In this document: piece by piece, positions 10,228 through 15,856 of the stretch
Position numbering within the stretch: position 1 is the stretch's first letter
Layout: each line of letters opens with the position of its first letter
Source of the DNA: a virus
UHGV virus genome: UHGV-0214057
Length of the DNA: 15,856 bases
Direction: 5' to 3' (one strand)
The notes under the pieces: generated by a model
Told to the model about the DNA's origin: nothing
Seen by the model: only the letters and a program-made list of their open reading frames with translations
Database searches by the model: none
Position numbers and translations under genes: made by a program

Positions 10228-11527
10228 TCTCCCGCATATTGCCAGTATGGCCTTTAATGAGCCGCTGATGCTTGAACCCGCCTATGCGCGGGTTTTCTTT
10301 TGTGCGCTTGCAGGCCAGCTTGGGATCAGCCGCCTGACGGATGCGGTGTCCGGTGACAGCCTGACTGCCCAGGAGGCACCCGCGGCGCTGGCATTATCCG
10401 GTGATGATGACGGACCACGACAGGCCCGCAGTTATCAGGTCATGAACGGCATCGCCGTGCTGCCGGTTTCCGGCACGCTGGTCAGCCGGACGCGGGCGCT
10501 ACAGCCGTATTCGGGGATGACCGGTTACAACGGCATTATCGCCCGTCTGCAACAGGCTGCCAGCGATCCGATGGTGGACGGCATTCTGCTCGATATGGAC
10601 ACGCCAGGCGGAATGGTGGCGGGAGCATTTGACTGTGCTGACATCATCGCCCGTGTGCGAGACATAAAACCGGTATGGGCGCTGGCCAACGACATGAACT
10701 GCAGTGCAGGTCAGCTGCTTGCCAGCGCCGCCTCCCGGCGTCTGGTCACGCAGACCGCCCGGACAGGCTCCATCGGCGTCATGATGGCTCACAGCAATTA
10801 CGGTGCTGCGCTGGAGAAACAGGGCGTGGAAATCACGCTGATTTACAGCGGCAGCCATAAGGTGGATGGCAATCCCTACAGCCATCTTCCGGATGACGTC
10901 CGGGAGACACTGCAGTCCCGGATGGACGCAACCCGCCAGATGTTTGCGCAGAAGGTGTCGGCATATACCGGCCTGTCCGTGCAGGCTGTGCTGGATACCG
11001 AGGCTGCAGTGTACAGCGGTCAGGAGGCCATTGATGCCGGACTGGCTGATGAACTTGTTAACAGTACCGATGCGATCACCGTTATGCGTGATGCACTGGA
11101 TGCACGTAAATCCCGTCTCTCAGGAGGGCGAATGACCAAAGAGACTCAATCAACAACTGTTTCAGCCACTGCTTCGCAGGCTGACGTTACTGACGTGGTG
11201 CCAGCGACGGAGGGCGAGAACGCCAGCGCGGCGCAGCCGGACGTGAACGCGCAGATCACCGCAGCGGTTGCGGCAGAAAACAGCCGCATTATGGGGATCC
11301 TCAACTGTGAGGAGGCTCACGGACGCGAAGAACAGGCACGCGTGCTGGCAGAAACCCCCGGTATGACCGTGGAAACGGCCCGCCGCATTCTGGCAGCTGC
11401 ACCACAGAGTGCACAGGCGCGCAGTGACACTGCGCTGGATCGTCTGATGCAGGGGGCACCGGCACCGCTGGCTGCAGGTAACCCGGCATCTGATGCCGTT
11501 AACGATTTGCTGAACACACCAGTGTAA
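10208..11527 (+). CDS. C: Head maturation protease / scaffold fusion protein C (ClpP/SppA-like)
   Basis: Homology to lambda gpC begins at GTG 10208 (VTAELRNLPHIASMAFNEPLMLEPAYARVFF...); 439 codons as in lambda. The track ORF from 10094 is an in-frame upstream extension that overlaps B. Confidence 0.9.
10922..11527 (+). CDS. nu3: Scaffolding protein Nu3 (in-frame internal start within C)
   Basis: Internal ATG at 10922 in the C frame, 201 codons to the shared stop, matching the lambda C/Nu3 nested arrangement (established knowledge). Not verifiable from sequence alone. Confidence 0.65.
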   Translation: MDATRQMFAQKVSAYTGLSVQAVLDTEAAVYSGQEAIDAGLADELVNSTDAITVMRDALDARKSRLSGGRMTKETQSTTVSATASQADVTDVVPATEGENASAAQPDVNAQITAAVAAENSRIMGILNCEEAHGREEQARVLAETPGMTVETARRILAAAPQSAQARSDTALDRLMQGAPAPLAAGNPASDAVNDLLNTPV

Positions 11528-11536
11528 GGGATGTTT

Positions 11537-11869
11537 ATGACGAGCAAAGAAACCTTTACCCATTACCAGCCGCTGGGCAACAGTGACCCGGCTCATACCG
11601 CAACTGCGCCCGGCGGATTGAGTGCGAAAGCGCCTGCAATGACCCCGCTGATGCTGGACACCTCCACCCGTAAGCTGGTTGCGTGGGATGGCACCACCGA
11701 CGGTGCTGCCGTTGGCATTCTTGCGGTTGCTGCTGACCAGACCAGCACCACGCTGACGTTCTACAAGTCCGGCACGTTCCGTTATGAGGATGTACTCTGG
11801 CCGGAGGCTGCCAGCGACGAGACGAAAAAACGGACCGCGTTTGCCGGAACGGCAATCAGCATCGTTTAA
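11537..11869 (+). CDS. D: Head decoration protein D
   Basis: 110 aa from ATG 11537 ([27 protein letters not shown]...), matching lambda gpD. AAGGG ribosome-binding site at 6-nt spacing; the ATG at 11531 is too close to the site to be the start. Confidence 0.9.
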   Translation: MTSKETFTHYQPLGNSDPAHTATAPGGLSAKAPAMTPLMLDTSTRKLVAWDGTTDGAAVGILAVAADQTSTTLTFYKSGTFRYEDVLWPEAASDETKKRTAFAGTAISIV

Positions 11870-11889
11870 CCTTACCCTTCATCACTAAA

Positions 11890-11912
11890 GGCCGCCTGTG
11901 CGGCTTTTTTTT
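11890..11912 (+). terminator. GC-rich hairpin plus T8 tract between D and E (terminator-like attenuator)
   Basis: GGCCGC-CTGT-GCGGC followed by TTTTTTTT. The same structure is present between D and E in lambda and would be read through by Q-modified polymerase. Confidence 0.4.
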
Positions 11913-11925
11913 ACGGGATTTTTTT

Positions 11926-12951
11926 ATGTCGATGTACACAACCGCCCAGCTGCTGGCGGCAAATGAGCAGAAATTTAAGTTTGATCCGCTGTTTCTGCGT
12001 CTCTTTTTCCGTGAGAGCTATCCCTTCACCACGGAGAAAGTCTATCTCTCACAAATTCCGGGACTGGTAAACATGGCGCTGTACGTTTCGCCGATTGTTT
12101 CCGGTGAGGTTATCCGTTCCCGTGGCGGCTCCACCTCTGAATTTACGCCGGGATATGTCAAGCCGAAGCATGAGGTGAATCCGCAGATGACCCTGCGTCG
12201 CCTGCCGGATGAAGATCCGCAGAATCTGGCGGACCCGGCTTACCGCCGCCGTCGCATCATCATGCAGAACATGCGTGACGAAGAGCTGGCCATTGCCCAG
12301 GTCGAAGAGATGCAGGCAGTTTCTGCCGTGCTTAAGGGCAAATACACCATGACCGGTGAAGCCTTTGATCCGGTTGAGGTGGATATGGGCCGCAGTGCGG
12401 CGAACAACATCACACAGTCCGGCGGCACGGAGTGGAGCAAGCGTGACAAGTCCACGTATGACCCGACCGACGATATCGAAGCCTACGCGCTGAACGCCAG
12501 CGGCGTGGTGAATATCATTGTGTTTGACCCGAAAGGCTGGGCGCTGTTCCGTTCCTTCAAAGCCGTCAGGGAGAAGCTGGATACCCGTCGCGGCTCTCAT
12601 TCCGAACTGGAGACAGCGGTAAAAGACCTGGGCAAAGCGGTGTCTTATAAGGGAATGTATGGCGATGTGGCCATCGTCGTGTATTCCGGACAGTACGTGG
12701 AAAACGGCGTCAAAAAGAACTTCCTGCCGGACAACACGATGGTGCTGGGTAACACTCATGCACGCGGTCTGCGCACCTATGGCTGCATTCAGGATGCGGA
12801 TGCACAGCGCGAAGGCATTAACGCCTCTGCCCGTTACCCGAAAAACTGGGTGACCACCGGCGATCCGGCGCGTGAGTTCACCATGATTCAGTCAGCACCG
12901 CTGATGCTGCTGGCTGACCCTGATGAGTTCGTTTCCGTACAACTGGCGTAA
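11926..12951 (+). CDS. E: Major capsid protein E
   Basis: 341 aa, near-identical to lambda gpE as I recall it (MSMYTTAQLLAANEQKFKFDPLFLRLFFRESYPF...). Confidence 0.95.
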   Translation: MSMYTTAQLLAANEQKFKFDPLFLRLFFRESYPFTTEKVYLSQIPGLVNMALYVSPIVSGEVIRSRGGSTSEFTPGYVKPKHEVNPQMTLRRLPDEDPQNLADPAYRRRRIIMQNMRDEELAIAQVEEMQAVSAVLKGKYTMTGEAFDPVEVDMGRSAANNITQSGGTEWSKRDKSTYDPTDDIEAYALNASGVVNIIVFDPKGWALFRSFKAVREKLDTRRGSHSELETAVKDLGKAVSYKGMYGDVAIVVYSGQYVENGVKKNFLPDNTMVLGNTHARGLRTYGCIQDADAQREGINASARYPKNWVTTGDPAREFTMIQSAPLMLLADPDEFVSVQLA

Positions 12952-12954
12952 TCG

Positions 12955-12977
12955 TGGCCCTTCGGGGCCATTTTCTC
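12955..12977 (+). terminator. Hairpin with UUCG tetraloop followed by a T-rich tract between E and FI
   Basis: TGGCCC-TTCG-GGGCCA followed by TTTTCTCTCT; conserved in lambda; probably an RNA stability or attenuator element. Confidence 0.35.
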
Positions 12978-12992
12978 TCTGTGGAGGAGTTC

Positions 12993-13379
12993 ATGACGAA
13001 AGATGAACTGATTGCCCGTCTTCAGGAGCTGGGTGAGCAACTGAACCGTGATGTCAGCCTGACGGGAACGAAAGAAGAACTGGCGCTCCGTGTGGCAGAG
13101 CTGGAAGAGGAGCTTGATGACACTGCCGATCAGGATACCCCTATCAGCCCGGAAAATGCGCTGACCGGACATGAAAATGAGGTTGTATCAGCGCAGCCGG
13201 ATACCGTGACTGATACGGCTGATCTGGTCACGGTTGTGGCACTGGTGACGCTGCATACTGATGCACTTCACGCCACGCGGGATGACACTGTGGCATTTGT
13301 GCTGCCGGGAACGGCGTTCCGTGTCTCTGCCGGTGTGGCAGCCGAAATGACAGAACGCGGCCTGGCCAGAATGCAATAA
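12993..13379 (+). CDS. FI: DNA-packaging protein FI
   Basis: Homology to lambda gpFI starts at ATG 12993 (MTKDELIARL...), preceded by GGAGGAG. The track start at 12954 is an upstream extension. Confidence 0.85.
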   Translation: MTKDELIARLQELGEQLNRDVSLTGTKEELALRVAELEEELDDTADQDTPISPENALTGHENEVVSAQPDTVTDTADLVTVVALVTLHTDALHATRDDTVAFVLPGTAFRVSAGVAAEMTERGLARMQ

Positions 13380-13390
13380 CGGGAGGCGCT

Positions 13391-13744
13391 GTGGCTGATT
13401 TCGATAACCTGTTCGATGCTGCCATTGCCCGCGCCGATGAAACGATACGCGGGTACATGGGAACGTCAGCCACCATGACATCCGGTGAGCAGTCCGGCGC
13501 AGTAATACGTGGTGTTTTTGATGACCCTGAAAATATCAGCTATGCCGGACAGGGCGTGCGCGTTGAAGGCTCCAGCCCGTCCCTGTTTGTCCGGACTGAT
13601 GATGTGCGGCAACTGCGGCGTGGAGACACGCTGACCATCGGTGAGGAAAACTTCTGGATAGACCGGGTTTCGCCGGATGATGGTGGAAGCTGTCATCTCT
13701 GGCTCAACCGTGGGCAACCACCCGCTGTTAACCGGCGACGATAA
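13391..13744 (+). CDS. FII: Head-tail connector protein FII
   Basis: 117 aa, MADFDNLFDAAIARADETIRGYMGTSAT..., matching lambda gpFII. Confidence 0.9.
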   Translation: MADFDNLFDAAIARADETIRGYMGTSATMTSGEQSGAVIRGVFDDPENISYAGQGVRVEGSSPSLFVRTDDVRQLRRGDTLTIGEENFWIDRVSPDDGGSCHLWLNRGQPPAVNRRR

Positions 13745-13759
13745 ACGCAGGGTGAAATT

Positions 13760-14335
13760 ATGGCGATAAAAGGGCTTGATCAGGCGATTGATAATCTGAG
13801 CCGGGTTCGTAAAAACGCCATTCCGGCGGCTTCAGCAATGACGATTAACCGCGTGGCCACAACGGCGATTAATCAGTCTTCGTCACAGGTTGCCCGGGAA
13901 ACCAGGGTGAGACGGAAACTGGTAAAGGAACGGTCCAGACTGAAACGGGCGACGGTCAGAAATCCGAATGCCAGAATTATCGTTAACCGCGGTGATCTCC
14001 CTGTGATTAAGCTGGGGATCAGAATGCTGGGACGTCGTCCGAACAGCATACTCAAAGCCGGTCAGCATCGTTATCAGCGGGCATTTATCCAGCGATTAAA
14101 TAATGGGCGCTGGCATGTTATGCAACGTCTTCCCCAGGCCAGATATGAGGAGGGCAATGACGACAAGGGAAGGAAAAAGCGTAATCGCCTTCCCATTCAG
14201 GTGGTGAAAATCCCGATGGCGGCCCCACTGAAACAGGCATTTGATGAGAATGTTGACCGTATCCGGCGTGAACGCCTGCCTAAAGAACTGGCATACGCGC
14301 TGAAACAACAACTGAGGATTGCGATAAAACGATGA
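13760..14335 (+). CDS. Z: Tail completion protein Z
   Basis: 191 aa; N- and C-terminal thirds match lambda gpZ (MAIKG...VARETRVRRKLVKER...RRERLPKEL...), central part divergent. Confidence 0.85.
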   Translation: MAIKGLDQAIDNLSRVRKNAIPAASAMTINRVATTAINQSSSQVARETRVRRKLVKERSRLKRATVRNPNARIIVNRGDLPVIKLGIRMLGRRPNSILKAGQHRYQRAFIQRLNNGRWHVMQRLPQARYEEGNDDKGRKKRNRLPIQVVKIPMAAPLKQAFDENVDRIRRERLPKELAYALKQQLRIAIKR

Positions 14336-14727
14336 AACACACTGACATTCGTGCCGCAGTGCTGGATGCACTCGAGCAGCATGAACACGGGGCGACGCTG
14401 TTTGATGGTCGCCCCGTTGTTTTTGACGAAGAGGATTTTCCTGCGATCGCGGTTTATCTGACGGATGCAGAGTATACCGGTGAAGAGCTGGATGCAGATA
14501 CCTGGCGGGCCACGCTGCATATTGAGGTGTTTTTACCGGCACAGGTACCGGATTCAGAGCTTGATCAGTGGATGGAAAGCCGGATTTACCCGGCGATGAC
14601 TGCGATCCCGGCACTGGCAGGACTGATTACCACGATGGTTACGCAGGGCTATGAGTATCGTCGTGATGACGATATGGCGTTATGGAGCTCTGCGGATCTG
14701 ACTTATTCCATTACATACGAGATGTGA
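14332..14727 (+). CDS. U: Tail terminator protein U
   Basis: 131 aa, [44 protein letters not shown]..., matching lambda gpU; ATGA overlap with Z. Confidence 0.9.
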   Translation: MKHTDIRAAVLDALEQHEHGATLFDGRPVVFDEEDFPAIAVYLTDAEYTGEELDADTWRATLHIEVFLPAQVPDSELDQWMESRIYPAMTAIPALAGLITTMVTQGYEYRRDDDMALWSSADLTYSITYEM

Positions 14728-14734
14728 GGACGAT

Positions 14735-15481
14735 ATGGCAACACCAAATCCCCTTGAGCCGGTAAAAGGTGCCGGTACCACTCTGTGGGTTTACAACGGC
14801 AAGGGTGATGCTTATGCAAACCCGTTGTCAGACGATGACTGGCAGCGACTGGCTAAGGTGAAGGATCTGACGCCGGGCGAGATGACGGCAGAATCCTACG
14901 ATGATAACTACCTGGATGATGAAGACGCGGACTGGACCGCGACCGGGCAGGGACAGAAATCTGCAGGTGATACCAGTTTTACGCTGGCCTGGAAACCGGG
15001 AGAGGAAGGCCAGAAAGGGCTTATAGGCTGGTTTGAAAGCGGCGATGTCCGGGCCTATAAAATCCGTTTTCCGAATGGCACGGTGGATGTGTTTCGTGGC
15101 TGGGTCAGCAGTATCGGTAAGGCCGTGACGGGGAAAGAAGTGATCACCCGCACGGTGAAAGTCACTAACGTGGGTAAACCTTCTGTAGCGGAAGAACGCA
15201 GCAAAATTACGCCGGTCACTGCGATTAAGGTAACGCCGACAGGTACGGTTGAAAAAGGGAAAACAACCACCCTGACCGTTACTGTGGAACCGGAAAATGC
15301 AACGGATAAGACATTCAGGGCGATTTCCGCCGATCCATCAAAAGCCACCATTAGCGTGAAAGATATGACGATTACTGTGACGGGGGTTAAGGATGGAAAA
15401 GTCAGCATCCCTGTGATTTCCGGTAATGGTCAGTTTGCTGCGGTGGCTGAAATTACCGTTAATAATGTGCCGGGTGGCTAA
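14735..15481 (+). CDS. V: Major tail tube protein V with C-terminal Ig-like domain
   Basis: 248 aa, strong match to lambda gpV ([12 protein letters not shown]...[23 protein letters not shown]...) with the C-terminal Big_2-like region. Confidence 0.9.
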   Translation: MATPNPLEPVKGAGTTLWVYNGKGDAYANPLSDDDWQRLAKVKDLTPGEMTAESYDDNYLDDEDADWTATGQGQKSAGDTSFTLAWKPGEEGQKGLIGWFESGDVRAYKIRFPNGTVDVFRGWVSSIGKAVTGKEVITRTVKVTNVGKPSVAEERSKITPVTAIKVTPTGTVEKGKTTTLTVTVEPENATDKTFRAISADPSKATISVKDMTITVTGVKDGKVSIPVISGNGQFAAVAEITVNNVPGG

Positions 15482-15499
15482 AGAGCTGAGAGATAAGCG

Positions 15500-15856
15500 A
15501 TGTTCCTGAAAACAGAACAATTTGAATATAACGGTGTATCCGTCACGCTTTCTGAGCTGTCTGCGCTGCAGCGTATTGAGCATCTTGCCCTCCTGAAACG
15601 GCGGGCAGAAGAGGCTGAAGCCAGCGGCAACCTGCAGGTGAGTGTGGAAGATCTTGTCAGAACCGGCGCGTTTCTGGTGGCGATGTCCCTGTGGCATAAC
15701 CATCCACAGAAAACGCAGTCACCGTCAATGAATGAGGCCGTGATGAAGCGCCGTCGAAGACTTTCCCGCAGAAAAATCATCATCAGTCAGCGTGTTATTT
15801 TTCGCCACTTCAGTAATATCAGTATCCGGACGAACAGCTTCGATCATCCCGGACAG
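15500..15856 (+). CDS. G: Tail assembly chaperone G: the first 81 codons are lambda-G-like; beyond about 15743 the frame stays open but loses homology (gene probably disrupted)
   Basis: My translation from ATG 15500: MFLKTEQFEYNGVSVTLSELSALQRIEHLALLKRRAEEAEASGNLQVSVEDLVRTGAFLVAMSLWHNHPQKTQSPSMNEAV matches lambda gpG residues 1-81; the continuation MKRRRRLSRRKIII... does not. Absent from the ORF track because there is no stop in the window. Confidence 0.55.
   Translation, partial: MFLKTEQFEYNGVSVTLSELSALQRIEHLALLKRRAEEAEASGNLQVSVEDLVRTGAFLVAMSLWHNHPQKTQSPSMNEAVMKRRRRLSRRKIIISQRVIFRHFSNISIRTNSFDHPGQ
15725..15856 (-). CDS. C-terminal fragment of a G-like tail assembly chaperone on the minus strand, including the G-T frameshift slippery heptamer
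   Basis: Reverse-complement translation from the window edge reads LSGMIEAVRPDTDITEVAKNNTLTDDDFSAGKSSTALHHGLIH*. The LSGM and SAGK-ST blocks align with the lambda gpG C-terminus (...RLSGMYEFVVNNAPEQTEDAGPAEPVSAGKCSTVS). Minus-strand GGGAAAG (complement of 15761-15767) is the conserved slippery site. Confidence 0.4.
   Translation of the reverse strand: MSGMIEAVRPDTDITEVAKNNTLTDDDFSAGKSSTALHHGLIH

Overview
This window is the late region of a lambdoid (lambda-like) phage or prophage of an enterobacterial host, read almost entirely on the + strand. In order it carries: a prophage-type sialate O-acetylesterase (NanS-p-like, as found downstream of stx in Stx phages); a lysis cassette of the 933W/21 type (pinholin S, SAR endolysin R, spanins Rz/Rz1) interrupted by extra ORFs; an AT-rich segment with a small ribbon-helix-helix gene on the minus strand; a lambda-type cos site (cosQ-cosN-cosB); then lambda-type head genes Nu1, A, W, B, C/Nu3, D, E, FI, FII and tail genes Z, U, V and the start of G. 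Identifications rest on my recollection of lambda and Stx-phage proteins; no database search was run. The main points of interest are (1) a 297-aa low-GC ORF of unknown function wedged between holin and endolysin, (2) two small membrane-protein ORFs with strong ribosome-binding sites between endolysin and spanins, (3) an abrupt junction inside tail gene G, after which the opposite strand encodes a G-like C-terminus including the G-T frameshift slippery heptamer, (4) a similar head-to-head arrangement at the left edge, and (5) a terminase small subunit whose DNA-binding N-domain and cosB repeats differ from lambda while its C-domain is lambda-like. No tRNA, rRNA, CRISPR array, IS element, integrase or stx gene was seen. 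Most minus-strand ORFs in the track are antisense artefacts of GC-rich coding DNA.
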